Notes: generated by a model from the sequence alone, not told the origin. A DNA stretch of 62,734 nt, filler included, from Chiloscyllium plagiosum (GCF_004010195.1; 3 parts of one record of this genome joined end to end with filler, not necessarily neighbours in it), one strand, 5' to 3'; counted from the first letter of the whole stretch, positions 1 to 13,158 are shown. Numbers and translations are program-made.

Positions 1-520
1 CCAGGTTAAATTAATATCTGTGGCTTATATTTTAAGTTTAATCAAGAGACTTATCTCCAAAACACATAATCAAGAAAGAACCCACTGTACTCACTAATAC
101 AGCCTTTCTCTAGGACAGACTTAGAACAACAATTAACTTATCAGATTCTGTGTTGTGAACTTCACCCAACATTTCCTCCAAGATTAGTTGTGAATTTCTC
201 TTTGTTAATTTTCCCAAATGCACTCCGATGTCCAGCGATACACGAATTCAAACAGCAAAGGCAGTAACTGTGCAAGTTCTCTCTCTCTCTCTCTCCTGCA
301 CTGACCTCACCATATGCTTCCTTTGTCTGCTCTTCTTCCTTTTAAAACTGCTGTTGTGTTGATTTTTTTTCCAAAGTTCCAAAACAATGCAACAGCACAT
401 AAAACAGTAATTGCCACTCCTGGAATTTGAGGAAATCACCTCCAACACCTAAAATAACTCAAAAAAAGGAGCAGCCCTTAACAGCCAGAATTTTTTCCCG
501 TCCTCCATCTTGGATTACCC
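1..520 (-). mobile_element. 5' UTR region of a CR1-type LINE (same family as 39815-41330)
   Basis: Positions 1-~365 align closely with 40929-~41330, which lies upstream of a CR1 ORF1 on the - strand. Both share a (CT)n tract. Confidence 0.75.
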
Positions 521-899
521 AATTAAATGATTGGATAAATAGCCTCAAGCTCTCCTCCAGCTTCCATGATTCAAGTATATTGCTGGAAGGTGTTGTTGTG
601 AAGGCTTTGGATATGCTTTGGATCCATTTTGCAAGTACAATCTTGCCAGTTTGCTGAGAAAGAATGTTTCAGTTATAGCCACAAGGGCTTCTCTCCTTCC
701 AGACTCTTCCTCTGTCAATTATGCAGAAGAAACTGCAGATAAAAGACAAGTCATACCCTGATAGTTATCTGCTGTTCCTACATTTCAGCCACATAGCTTC
801 TGCAGAAGACCAGAAGTGGTGCATCCCAGGATATGAAAGAAAGGAGCGATCGAGCTTACGGGTGCACTGGGAGTGCTCTTCAAAGATTATGATTCATGG

Positions 900-2810
900 A
901 TTTTGGAAAAGACCCAAAGGACTGGAAAACTGCCAATGTAACACCGTTACTTAAAAACAGAGGGACAAAAACAAATAAACATAGGAGAAAATTTTGGGAA
1001 AATATTGTAATCTATTAAAAAGAATGTAACAACACAGCTTTTAGAAATACTTAATATAATCACTTAGAGTTAGCAATGACTTCATGAAGGGGAAATCATG
1101 CCAGACAAATTTACTAGAATTCTTTGAGGAGTTAACAAGCAGGACAGGTAAAGGGCAAGAGGCAGCAACATATTTGGAATTTCGAAGGCATTTGATGAGG
1201 TACTTCACATTTGGCTACTTTATTTATTGGAGATAGCATATTACTATTGTTAGAGAATTGGCTAAATAATAGAAGATGGAAAGTCAGGATAAGAAGGACA
1301 TTTTCATGATGGCCATCTGTGCCTATTGGAGTCCTACAGGTATCAGTGCTGGACCATATTTATTTACAATATGTAACAATGACTTGGATGAGGAAAGTTA
1401 ATGTGACTATAGATAAGTTTGCAGATGACTCAAAAATAGATGGAAAAGTGAGTGGTTATGATGATACAAGGAGACTACAGATGGATTAAGACAGAAGAAA
1501 GGGGCATCAGCTTAAGTTTGAGGTGAGAACGAATTTCTTCTGTGGAGGGTTGTAAGTGTTTGGAACCCCTTGCCACAGAGTACTGTGGGGGTAGAGTCTT
1601 GTGTCTATTTAAGGCTGAGATAGACACTTGATCAACACGGAAATCTACGGGTTACAGAGAAATGCAGGAAAGTGGACGTGAGGAATGTTAGGTCAGCTAT
1701 GATCCTCTTGAAGGGCAGATCAGGCTCAAAGAGTCAAACAGCCCACATCTGTTCCTATTTCTTATGGTCTTATGGCCAAGTGAGTGGGCAAGAACTTGGC
1801 AGGTTGGACGTAATGTGAGAAAATGTGAGGTTGGCAGGAAGAATAGTGGAGCTGAATCTCTGTAGAAACTATGGAGTGGAAGGATTTGGGAATTCTTATC
1901 CACAATTCACAAAAAGCTGACATCCAAGTTTAGTGGGTAAAAGGAAGGCAAATGGAATCTATGCTTTTAATTTAAAGGGAATGGCATATAAAAGTAAAGA
2001 GGTTTTGCTAAAATCATGCAAGGCAATAGTCATACTACAGCTGGAATACTGTGAACAGGTTTGGGTCCCTTATCTAAGAAAGATATAGTGACATTGGAGA
2101 CAGTCCAGAGGAGGTTCACTAAGCTGATACCAGTTTGGGAGGGATTCTGTCAGGGGAGACATTGAGTAGATCGGGTCTTCTCTTGTTGGAATATAGAAGG
2201 AAACTTTATTGAAACATATAAGATGCTTGATTTGGAGGTGCTGGTGTTAGACTAAGTTAAAAAGTGTACAAAGGTAAAAATCACACAATACCACGTTATA
2301 GTCCAACAGGTTTACTTGGAAGCACTAACTTTCGAAATGCTGCTCCTCAACCACCTGATGAAGGAGCAGCGCTCCAAAAGCTAGTACTTCCAAATAAACC
2401 TGTTGAACTATAACCAGGTATTGTGTGTTTTTTTTAACTTTATACGATTCTTAGGGAGATTGACAGAGTAGATGCAGAAAAGTTGTTTCCCCTTGTGTGA
2501 GAGTCTTGGACCAGAGTGCATCATCTCAAAATGAAGGGTCGCACATTTAAGACAAAGATAAGGAGGAATTTCTTCTTCAGAGTGTAGTGTATTTATGGAA
2601 ATCTTTACAACAGAGGGCTGGTGAGGCTCGGTCATTACGTATATTCAAGGCTGAGATAGATTATTAGCTCAGTAAAGGAATCAAGGGTTATGTGGAAAAA
2701 ACAGGAAAGTGGTGCTGAGGATTATCCAATCAGCTACAATATAATTGAATAGCAAAACCAACTTGATGGGTTTAATGCTTTACTTTTGTTGCTATGTCTT
2801 ATGGTCTGAA
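900..2810 (+). mobile_element. Degenerate CR1 LINE ORF2 (RT) and 3' end
   Basis: Frameshifted remnants: GFMKGKSCQTNLLEFFEE, KFADDSKI, LEYCEQVW, ETVQRRFTKL. Interrupted by a PLE foldback at ~2230-2441. Confidence 0.85.
2230..2441. mobile_element. Penelope-derived foldback mini-element with decayed hammerhead motif
   Basis: Imperfect inverted arms (aaaatcacacaa...gttatagtccaacaggttt / aaacctgttgaactataacc...gtgtgtttttt) around CTGATGA-AGGAGC-AGC-GCTCC-AAAAGCTA starting at 2355. Confidence 0.7.
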
Positions 2811-2857
2811 TATTCATATCAGTTCCTATTCTGTTCAAATTGCACCATTATGAGATC

Positions 2858-3084
2858 ACACAGAGGGTGGTACGTGTGTGGAATGAGCTGCCAGAGGAAG
2901 TGGTTGAGGCTAGTACAATTACAACATTTAAAAGGCATCTGGATGGGTATATGAATAGGAAGGGTTTTGAGGAATATGGACTGGGTGCTGGCAAGTGGGA
3001 CTAGATTGGGTTGGGATATCTGTTTGGCATGGACGATTTGGACCGAAGAGTCTGTTTCCTTGCTGTACATCTCTATGACTCTAT
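2858..3084 (+). mobile_element. CR1/HER1-like LINE 3' fragment
   Basis: QRVVRVWNELPEEVVEA, FKRHLDGYM, and the tail ctctatgactctat. Confidence 0.85.
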
Positions 3085-4419
3085 TCTTGAGTTTTATTCC
3101 ATTCATATTGAACTCATCCACTATAACATTATACAGCATGGACCTCAATGCTTCAAGATCACTGTTGAGATGTTTTAACTTTGGGTTCACTGCATATGTG
3201 CCTAAGGTCTTCTTTGTCAAGGGTTCATGACTGTGTGTATGGCTCAATGTGTATCATAGAGCAGTCCCTGCTTCATGACAGTATACAACTGGCTCGCAGA
3301 ATCTACAAGTGCAACAGATCTGCAGAAAGATGCTTACTTGTGTTTATAAAGCCTGGCTGTCTTCAAGAGGATAGAATCATTGGATATTAAGGAAACAAAT
3401 TTGAAAATGACAAGTTGGGATATGGAATTAATTAAATCTGGTAATTTATGACTGACAACAGATAATGTAACTGTGACAAATTGTAGGATCGTCACCAAAA
3501 AAAAATCCAATAAGACATATTTCCCAGGTCTGGCCCTGTATATAACTCCAATTCTATGCAGTATAGTTGACTCCTAATGCCTGAAGGCAGGAAAGAATGC
3601 ACAGTCAAGTGTAATCCTACAAGTGTATTCCTCCAGAAAAAAAAATCCAGTGGAGCAAAATTCAGCCGAATGTCTTCCAGCATGCTTTACCTCAGGTCAT
3701 TCTAACAGCTATTTGACATTTGTCTGTCACTGCTGTTAGAAATAAAAGCCTCAGGACAGTTCGGGTAAAACACACATCAAAGAGGAGATGAACCTGACAT
3801 GCCCTTGACACCTATTTTAATTAGTTTTATTATATAAAGTTGATGTTAATTTTTTTGTATTTCATTATTTTTAGCTGTAATTCATTTCCAAGGTTTCTGA
3901 AGATTCCTTTGAATATTTATGTTGATTTCAGTATTTATTAAAGCTGCCATCAGTTGCAGAGACTTGCAGCCAGTCAGTATACTGTTAAGACACATGGAAT
4001 GTCAGTATGCCTTTAAGAGACATGCCCATGACACCATCATTATATCACAGCATGTGAACTTCGGGTATAAAGGTCTCAGCTCCATCTTAACTCAGATCAC
4101 TAGAGTATATAACACTGATGCAAGAATATTGCTCTTTGTAATCAAATTGTTCACTGTGAGCCCAAACACAAATGCGCCCGTAAATATTATATTTATATGT
4201 ATATATAAGCTGTAATAAACATCTGTTGGATAACTCAAGTCGTAGATTCTTACATAATGAGGGAAAACATAAACATTTCCAAATGAGTGTAAGCATTACC
4301 AACAGGTAAAGATTGGAAACAAAACACGCATCATCAAACAGAAAGACTGCTTAGTTGTAGTTGTATGAAATTATTGAGTTGTTAGACCTGCAATGATCCA
4401 TGAAATTGAAGAGGATTCC

Positions 4420-4860
4420 ACACTAATCCTGACAGGTGCCTTGGAGATAGCAGAAAGACCTTGAGAAGTCAGAAGGTGAAGTCATTTGTCACAGAATACC
4501 CTGCCTCTGCCCTTATAACCCCTAAATGTGGCTTGTCCAGTTCAGTTTCTGGTCAATGATGATAACCCCATGCCCAGTGATGGTCATGCAGTTGCACATC
4601 AAGAAACAGTGGCTTGACTTTCTCTCGTTGGAGATAATCGTTTCCTGGCACTTGTGTTGCACAAGTGTTAATTACCACCTGTAAGTCTAAGCCTAGATGT
4701 TGTTCAGGTCTTGCTTCATGTGGACATGTTCTGATTTGTATGAAATAGAACCAAACACTGTGTAACCATGAGCAGATAATTCACTCTGGCCTTATGATGA
4801 GGTAAGGGCACTAATGAAACAATTGTCATACTTGAGTTTAGGATTACCATCTAACCATCA
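4420..4860 (-). mobile_element. Old L2/CR1-like LINE RT fragment
   Basis: The reverse strand shows MKQDLNNI and ...HKCQETIISNERK, remnants typical of the RT C-terminus. Confidence 0.5.
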
Positions 4861-6010
4861 CTACATAAAAAAACTGACTGACAGCAAACCTGATAACTTC
4901 CATGCTGTGAAAGCTTGACTAGTGCTCTGCAGCTGACACTTGGGGAAAAGGGACTGGAACTGGAACGTCCTTGTCTTTGTGGACTGTGACTGGAGGAACT
5001 TTCTATGTTATGAGCTTCAGATGACTGTCCTTATTCCATTGCTGCCACAGTCATTTCCTTCATAGGCCTGCATCAGGATTGTCATCAATCTCTTTCAGCC
5101 GGGGCCAAAAGAGTTGTGTTCTCTGTTGTATACAGGAAAAGTGTGCAGCAAGCATATTCTAATTTGACTTATTTACGTTATTGGATTGTTCGTTGCTTCT
5201 ATTATGGTCATACAGTTGTGCCAGCACAGGGAAATGCAATGTCTACACTCAATCATACTGGGGTAAGTAAGTTTAAATCTGTAAAGACTGCCAAACTTTG
5301 AAGCAAATAGTCTTATTTACATCTATTTAGGGGCAGGTTGCAAGAGCCAAGTATAACACAACACTGGAAACAAAACAACATGTGTTTTGAACAACAAATG
5401 GCAGCTCTTCCTCCAGGGAGAATTTAAGTAGTTCAGCTTTTATCTGAGTGTAGCAGTGGTGAAGACTTGAATTGTCAGACCTGCCTTTAAAGCTTTTGCT
5501 CTTCATTTTCTCAATGGTTGTTGATTCTTGAATCAGAAAAATAAAAATCTAAAGGATTGAACCCTGCATGTGAGCACCTTCCTTCAACCCTGACCCGACC
5601 AGTGACAGGAATGCACCATCGTTATGAGTACTCTGGGTCCTGGGACAACCAGTGCTGCATAGCTTCCTCTTCTGCTCCTACTATGGAGTGTGGTTGTGAA
5701 GTAGGAACTCTACATTCTACTTTTAGCTTCCTCATTCTCATGGGCAGCTGTTTTGCTGACATGAGAGGGAGGCACAATATAATACTCAGGATTGCTATAA
5801 TTTTAAACTGCTTTCTAGGACAGTGAATGAACTGCAGGTGAATTGCAAATTGAAACCAAATGGATGGCATGACTGAATCAGTGAAAGTATGATCACTGCC
5901 ATTGTCCCGAGCAAAGCCTCAACATCCCCAATTTTACCCTGCCCTCCCCCCACCGAAGAGAAATAATCAGTATCTCATCCCATCCACTTTGCAAGTGATG
6001 ACAATCATTT

Positions 6011-6527
6011 TCATAGAATCATAAGAACCCTACAGTACAGAGGGAGACCATTGGGCTCATCAAGTCCACTGCAGCCCTCCGAAGAGCATTTCACCCCATC
6101 CCTGTAAGCCTGCATTTCCTATGGTTAATCCACCTAGCCAGTACATCCCTGAACACTATGGGCAATTTAGTGTGGCCAATCCATCCTAACTTGCACATCT
6201 TTGGAGTGTCGATGGAAACCAGAGCACCTGGGGGAAACCCATAGGAAGCATATGCAAACTCCATGTACAGAGGAACCTGGATTATCCAGCATTCGATTGT
6301 TTGATTATCGGATTATTCGGCACGATTGCAATGTCCCACTGCTCGGCTAAACTATGTTATCCAGCATTCGAAAATCTGGAATTTGATTAACCAAACGAAA
6401 TGCTCCCTGCCCATGTCCTTCGGATAATCAAGGTTCCTCTGTAACTGGTTGCCCAAGGGTGGAATCCAGTCCAGGTCTCTGGCGCTATGAGGCAGCAGTG
6501 CTAACCACTGAGCCACCATGCCACCCC
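6011..6527 (-). mobile_element. HE1-like tRNA-derived V-SINE interrupted by a MITE
   Basis: Reverse-strand head ggcatggtggctcagtggttagcactgctgcctca, central V-domain, CR1-like tail ending in ttctatga. Confidence 0.85.
6268..6441. mobile_element. Tc1/mariner-pogo-type MITE (174 bp)
   Basis: Terminal inverted repeats (TIRs) CAGAGGAACCTGGATTATCC ... GGATAATCAAGGTTCCTCTG, flanked by TA at 6266-6267 and 6442-6443. Confidence 0.85.
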
Positions 6528-7346
6528 AATGTGTGAAGTTAGTGTGCAGCTGAATTTTGATCAGACATGACAAGGTTCCAACAGAGTTGCAGGTGCCATC
6601 TGTGACCCATGACATTTTACCAGTCTTCCTATAAGCTATGTTCTATGATTTATGTTCATGTTCCCTTTTCAGAATGGAGATCCCTTTTGTCTGTCTGTTC
6701 ATTCACCCTCTTTAAAGTTGCACCCTTTTGTTTATATTGCCTTTTCTCACGTTTCCTTCATTGCTTCACCTTACTCCAAGTGATGGAGTTGTTGTACCTT
6801 GGCTGGAGAGCCAGTGAGAGCTCTACTTCACCTCCATTTGATCACTGATAAACAGAACCCTCACACATTGTTTAACACAACCACAAATTCTGTATCGAAT
6901 AACTGTAGAAATCTAATTTAAATTCTCAATTCAGAAAGTGGGCCTCGTGTGGAAGTGGCTGTGCTTAGTTACAATGAAGGCAGATGCTGTGAGAAAATTC
7001 AAAGCAACTTCTGGATAGATTTTTAACAAAAGGATGGGTACATTAAAAGAAAACAAGATATTGAAATCTGTCTTTGATCACTCTGCCAAATGGGCAATTA
7101 TGAATAGGCAGCTCAAAAGTAAATTGAGCTGGGTGTATATATGCTGCCTATTTACATTCTCCATTTTACACTCCACTCAATGTCTAATTTCACTTACAAT
7201 GTGCAGTTCAATATTCTTTTCTAAATATTTTCCTGGCGTCTGCTGATACACCCTAACCTTCTTTGCCTGCTAGTCACTTGTCCCACCATTTTACAGTTAG
7301 CATTTTGCACTTTTTTTCCTGCTTTTCACAATTATCTTCTTTTTTT

Positions 7347-7663
7347 AATCATCCCTACAGTGTGGAAACAGGCCAGTCAGCCCATCAAGCACACACCGAC
7401 CCTCCGAAGACCATCCCACTCAAACCCAATCCCTGCTCCCCTACATTTCCCATGGCTAAATCACTTAGCCTGCACATCCCTGGACACTATGGGACAATTT
7501 AGCATGGTCAATCCACCCAAGCTGCAAACTGGAGCACCCGGAAGAAGTCATGCAGACATGGGGAGAATGTGGAGACTCCACATAGACGGTCACTGAAGGT
7601 AGAATTGAACCTGGGTCTCTGGAGCTGTGAGGCATCAGTGATAACCACTGAGCCATCATGCCC
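7347..7663 (-). mobile_element. HE1-like SINE
   Basis: tRNA-like head, V-domain and ...cctgtttccacactgtaggga tail on the reverse strand. Confidence 0.85.
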
Positions 7664-8901
7664 TGAGCTCAATTTAAAAATATTGATCGACAAACCTTCC
7701 CATTTTCCACAAATACTGTGTATCCCATAGCTGAATTGACCAGAATCTGTTCTGTTAATTCACAAAGTTGCTGTTTAGTTAAGTAGCAATAATGTAAGTG
7801 CTTTTTGATTAGCCACTATGTTTGGTGTTGCCAAGAACATAAATTTAACCTGAGTTCCCACAAAGCACACTGGATAAACTTGTTCCTTCCGGCAAGTGCA
7901 TAAAAAGGGCAAAAATTGTAACCACCATTTAATATGTTGCTGGTGTCTCACAGGAAAGATGATCTGATCAGAGTGTGAAATCTTGAATAGCAATTGATAT
8001 GCTTCAAGATGTTTCATTTCAGATCACAGAAAGTGAATCTGTTCAATGCATCATTAAATTTAAATTTCTAAAGATGTTTCATTTCTGAAAATGTTACACT
8101 TAAATTTGCTAGAAAATAATGATTTGTATGAATCCACCATCACTAACAGAACAGGTCTATTGAAAGTTTTAATAAGGCCAAAGCAGGTGGTTAAATTCAC
8201 CGTGTCCCTCAACAAAAAGTATTAAACTCAGGAGCAATTTTCCAGAGTGGAGTCCACTTATGCAGTGATTGCAGGAAAGTGAAGATTATTTAAAATAAAT
8301 TGTCTATCCAGTACATCAAATATTGAAGCATTTAAAATATGTGCAGGAGTAAGAACACAAGACCGATATTGGGGTGCCAATGCCTGCGTGTTCCCCGCCA
8401 CACCCCCGCTAGCTAGGGCAGAACTTTAGGGTCTCGGGAGCTCCTGCTCTGCACGGAACATAATGTGGCTTTAAAGTGCGCCCAGTTGTTGAGGTTCTTG
8501 CAGTCAGTTCTCTTGGTTCGGAACAGCCATGTGTCTTGTTCAGATAGCACTTGGCTGGCTTCACCCTTCTCAGATGTCCTTTGTTCTGATGATGCTCTTG
8601 GTTTGGCTTCCTGTTTCAGCTCTTGTTCGGCCTCGCGGTTCTTGGTCAGAAACTGCCTATAGGGGCTGGAAGTCTCTGGGGAAGCTGTTTGTGCAGAAGC
8701 TTGTTGTTATAATAAGGTGAGATAGGGCTTGCAGTTATAATGACTGTGTGCCCTGTTTTCCCTCCTCAAATCGTGTTGTCCATTGTGTTTCTGGTGTTTC
8801 TTCTGAAGCCGATTGGTTTCCCAATTGTCAAGAGCATGTGTGAATGGATTTCGATTGAAGCTGAATATCTGGTATCTCTATAGGCACCATACTGTCTGTG
8901 T

Positions 8902-9000
8902 CTAAAGTGTGGTGCTGGAAAAGCACAGCCAGTCAGCCAGCAACCGAGGAGCAGGAGAATCGACATTTTGAGCATAAGCTCTTCATCAGGGTTGTGATGA
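8902..9000 (-). mobile_element. Penelope-derived mini-insertion with decayed hammerhead motif
   Basis: 13-bp TSD ATACTGTCTGTGT (8889-8901, 9001-9013). Reverse strand reads CTGATGA-AGAGC-TTAT-GCTC-AAAATGTC. Confidence 0.8.
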
Positions 9001-9664
9001 ATACTGTCTGTGTTGGGTATCCCAAGGTGTAAAGGAAGTGTAAATTGGAATTCCAGGCAGAACATTAGTCCCTGACAGAAAGCCCCCATTCCACTGCTCT
9101 GTTGTGTAGTTGCTGCAGCCCGAGTCCAGGATTGTGCCCAATATTTTAGATACTGGAAAGGCCCAGGGCCTTGTCTAGCCAGTATTTTAGATGATGGGAA
9201 GTTTTGCTTGATCCTACAGTAGAAACATGTGTGGGCCATGACGTGAATTTTATGAAACAGGCTGAGAAATCCCATTGTGGTCCCAGAGACAACCCCTAAA
9301 TGAAACTCACCAAGATTGACATGTAGCCAATTTCTATTAAAATTCAACATTCTCAGTCTCACTCTCACTCTTCCTTATTGTCTCATATGTACACACACAA
9401 AAACACAAAATATGGTCTGATATCTATACTAATTGGCAGAGCCCAGTAATCTTTTGGACATTGTGCTGGGCGTTTCAGAGGATTTAAGAAGGATATCCTG
9501 TGGAATCATAATCAGGGTTGGTACTTTCTCCTCTCTGCTGTGGTGGGAGAACTGGCCAGTATGGAGACAATATAGTGTTAGATTGAAAAAAAAACAGGTC
9601 CTACATGTTGAGAACAGTTTAATTTTGTTTTTCCCTCTCAAACATTAAGCAGCAACTTCAGAAT

Positions 9665-9875
9665 CGTCGGAACAAATTACTGCAGATGCTGGAATCCGTT
9701 GGGAAAACAACAAATGCTGGAGATCACAGTGGGTCAGGCAGTATCCATGGAGAGACAGCAAGCTAACATTTCGAGTTGAGATGACTCTTCATCATCTTGA
9801 CTCAAAACATTAGCTTGCTCTCTCTCCATGGATACTGTCTGACCCACTGTGCTCTCCAGCATTTGTTGTTTTCAG
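9665..9875. mobile_element. Penelope-derived foldback mini-element
   Basis: Inverted arms ~9704-9775 / 9800-9872. TSD AACTTC(A/G)GAAT (9654-9664, 9876-9886). Reverse strand reads TGATGA-AGAGT-CATCTCA-ACTC-GAAATGTT. Confidence 0.75.
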
Positions 9876-10083
9876 AACTTCGGAATTTTTCGTTGAGCAG
9901 TGACAGCCTTATTTGTGAGCGTTTGCATCTCATTACAGCCCCAGCTCACCCTGTTGCTGTCCTAATTCCAATGCTCCTCTGATTTTTGATTGATTTGATT
10001 TATTATTGTCACATGTACTGAGATACAGTGAAAACTATTGCTTTGTGTGCTAATCAGATAAATCCTACCTTACATAAATCCAT

Positions 10084-10404
10084 GGGGGCGGCACGGTGGC
10101 TCAGTGGTTAGCACTGCTGCCTCACAACGCCAGGGTTCCAGCTTCGATTCCAGCCTCGGGTAACTGTCTGTGTGGAGTTTGCACATTCTCCCTGTGTCTG
10201 CGCGAGTTTCCTCTGGGTGCTCCGGTTTCCTCCCACAATCCAAAAATGTGCAGGTCAGGTGAATTGGCCATGCTAAATTGCCCGTAGTATTAGGTGCATT
10301 AGTCAGAGGGAAATGGGTCGAGGTGGGTTACGCTTCGGAGGGTCGGTGTGGACTGGTTGGGCCAAAGGACCTGGTTCCACACTGTAGGGAATCTAATCTA
10401 ATCT
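10084..10404 (+). mobile_element. HE1-like SINE, full length
   Basis: A box TGGCTCAGTGG, B-box-like TTCGATTCC, V-domain gtgtggagtttgcacattctcc, tail (aatct)n. Confidence 0.9.
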
Positions 10405-10547
10405 CTGCCACTGGGAAAGCAGGTGGTGCAAATCCCCACCTGGTAAAACTCTAGCAGGTACCGAGTGGCTTCATCGCACTGAATGTCTATCCCAGTCAAC
10501 GTGTCTCAGTTTCTTCAGTGCACCATCCCTGCCACCCTTCTCCTCCT

Positions 10548-10866
10548 CACGGTGGCTCAGTGGTTAGCACTGCTGCCTCACAGCTCCAGGGACCCAGGTT
10601 CGTATTCTGCCCTCGGGTGGCTATCTGTGTGGAGCTTGCGTGTTCTCCCAGTGTCTGTGTGGGTTTCCTCTGGGTGCCCTAGCTTCGTCCCACAATCCAA
10701 AGATGTGACAGTTAGGTGGACTGGCCATGCGAAATTACCCTGTAGTGTCCAGGGATGTGCAGGTTAGGTGGATTAGCCATAGGAAATGCAGAGTTACACA
10801 GCTGGGGTGGGCTTGGGTGGGATGATCTTCGGATGACCTACTTCCATACTGTAGGGATTCTATGAT
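10548..10866 (+). mobile_element. HE1-like SINE
   Basis: Same head and V-domain; tail gtagggattctatga. Confidence 0.85.
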
Positions 10867-11829
10867 CCAACACTGCAACCCCCTCACACAACTTCAAAGC
10901 GGTGATCCAGCAGCCTCACCATATCATCATGCCTCCTCTCTGACCAACTCAGACACCAATTTGGGCCTTTACGGTGAAGCTGACGGGTACCTATGACTTG
11001 CATGCTTTAGCCAAGTTGCTTTGTGAGCAGGGACATCGACACACGATACTTTTGCATGAAATGTGGCTCTTAACATGCTTTTGTAATGCCCATTCACTTG
11101 CCTATTCGCTCGGAGGCTGCCAGTATCTATTACGTGCATTGTTTTCTTCGTGCACACTAATGTTAGTACAGAGTTACGAGCTGCCAGTCTCTGTCTGGGT
11201 CACAGAGCTTTCTTAGTGCTCAACATCTTCAGCACTCAGTAATAGCCTGCCAGCCTCAATGGTTTGCATTGTTTCTAAGCAAAGAGGTGCATTATGGTAG
11301 GAAGCAGCTTGGAGGTTGCCTGACCACGTTGGGAGCCCTGACCAATCAAGGGGTTGGATCTGTTGCTGTTGAACACTGAGCTGCGTCAATGTCACAACTG
11401 CAGCATCCGCCACCAGCTTACACAGTCAGTATGGGCTTCCAACTCATGGCCATGTCTGAGAGGCAAGCAGACCTTAGTGGGGTGTATGGGTGCTACAGTC
11501 AGCGTATACCATCACAGTCGGTTCAAGGATCATCCTACTGGAGTCCAGGGAGTTGGATACAGGCAGTCAGGCACTTTGAGAGTCTAGTAATTCATGTCCT
11601 CTCAGTCTGCGGCATTGGGCCTTGATCAGTCCTGCAGTTCAAGTGTAATTAATTTGAGATTATAGCAAGGTTGACCAGGGCACTGTGGAATTATCAGTCT
11701 GGGGTAACGTACTGAGGTAGCTGATGGAATCAGGCAATTGCAGATACTACAGTGAGAGCTTATGGTGAATGGAAGGAGACTGGGGGCTCTGGGAGGTCAT
11801 GATTACTCTGACCTATACTGGGGAACAAT

Positions 11830-11945
11830 GATGGGGCAATGCTCAGAGAGCTTGTGATTTCAAATAAACCTGTTGGACTATAACCTGGTGTCATGTGACT
11901 TCTGACTTTGTCCACCCCAGTCCAACATTGCCACCTCCACATCAT
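11830..11945 (+). mobile_element. Penelope pseudo-LTR fragment
   Basis: aaataaacctgttggactataacctggtgt matches the arm of the 2230-2441 element. Confidence 0.6.
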
Positions 11946-12064
11946 GGTTCCAATAAGGGCATGGGATTTTCCAATGTCTTGAGCTTTGGGGATAAAGTGA
12001 GGTCAGTTATGGTTATATAAAAGGGCTCACCAAAAATGGGGGCAGGCTGAGAAATCACTAGGAC

Positions 12065-12292
12065 TAGAGTGATTGTGACAAGGTCAGCCAGGCAGACCTC
12101 AGAGTATGGGTTCCATAATTGGGAACTCTGGTCCAATTAGGAAGCACTGGCTGACAGAATTGGACAAGCGTGTCAGACATCCTGTCACCCTGACAGCTGG
12201 CTCTGAGGCAGCTGGACCAATGTCATGGTATTTTCACGTGTAAATAAAGGGTGACTTGGTGACCAGACATCAGCCTCTTTGGAGTTACTTCA
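12065..12292 (+). repeat. 5' LTR of the Gypsy element
   Basis: Shares gtgtcagacat...tgacagctggctctgagg...ggacca with the 3' LTR. Ends in TTCA, followed by PBS-like TGGCAACAAG (12294-12303). Start position approximate. Confidence 0.75.
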
Positions 12293-12936
12293 GTGGCAAC
12301 AAGAATAAAGTATGTTCCTGAATTCAAGAACCAAGGGAATCCATATCAGGATTTTTGACTAGGTTAAGGTAGAGGCAATTGACTTTGGTTTAACCTTAAT
12401 GAGATGCTGAGTGACTGGTTGGTATATGGGATTGGTGACGTAACCATGCAGAAGAACCTAAAAGCTGAAGGATAACTAGACCCGAAACAAGCACTAAAGC
12501 AGGTTTATCATTGGAAAATGTGGCAAGTGGAACATATGAGTTGCAGGGTATTCCAATGGATGTGAATATGCTCGCCAGTCCAACTGAGTTTGGGGAACAC
12601 TACTAGCTACACTCAGGATGTATCCTGAACACAGGGACTCTGGGCCAGCCCCCAGCAAAACCTTAAAACAAAGTCAAGCCTCAGCCAAACGGTTAACATT
12701 TTCTTCAGGATATGAGTCAGTAAGCCAATGTAAATTCAAGAAAGCAAAGGTGTCATACTAGACTTAAACCAAGTAAAATAACTCATAGGATGTTAGCCAG
12801 GAGAGTACACACCTATGGAAACTAAATCTGGTTTTGTTAAACTGCTTTTCCAAATCAGAACCAATCAAATTAAAAGCCTCCCGTTTCTAATGGAGGTCGA
12901 TACTGCTGAAGCTTTTCAGTCATCACAGAACCAATC

Positions 12937-13027
12937 CTGATGAAGAGCTTTTGCCTGAAACATCGATTTTCCTGCTTCTCGGATGCTGCCTGACCTGCTG
13001 TGCTTTTCCGGCACCACTCTAATCTAA
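12937..13027 (+). mobile_element. Penelope-derived mini-insertion in the Gypsy protease region
   Basis: CTGATGA-AGAGC-TTTT-GCCT-GAAACATC. Near-perfect TSD ACAGAACCA(A/G)TCCT (12925-12938, 13028-13041). Confidence 0.75.
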
Positions 13028-13158
13028 ACAGAACCAGTCCTTACCAACCTTCACTCTGGACTCCAAGCCTTAAGTTTGCACAAGACTTAGTAAGGGTACA
13101 GCTGAAACTTTATTGCTGGAACAGCACAGCAGGTCAGGCAGCATCTAGGGAACAGAAG

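Noticed and set aside
8766..9368. 200-aa ORF as a real gene
   Set aside because: It is chimeric: it reads through the PLE insertion (PDEELMLKMSILLLLGC) and changes frame relative to the pre-insertion sequence.
10084..10160. tRNA-like sequences with A and B boxes (about 11 copies)
   Set aside because: They are SINE heads that continue into the V-domain and LINE-derived tail, not tRNA genes.
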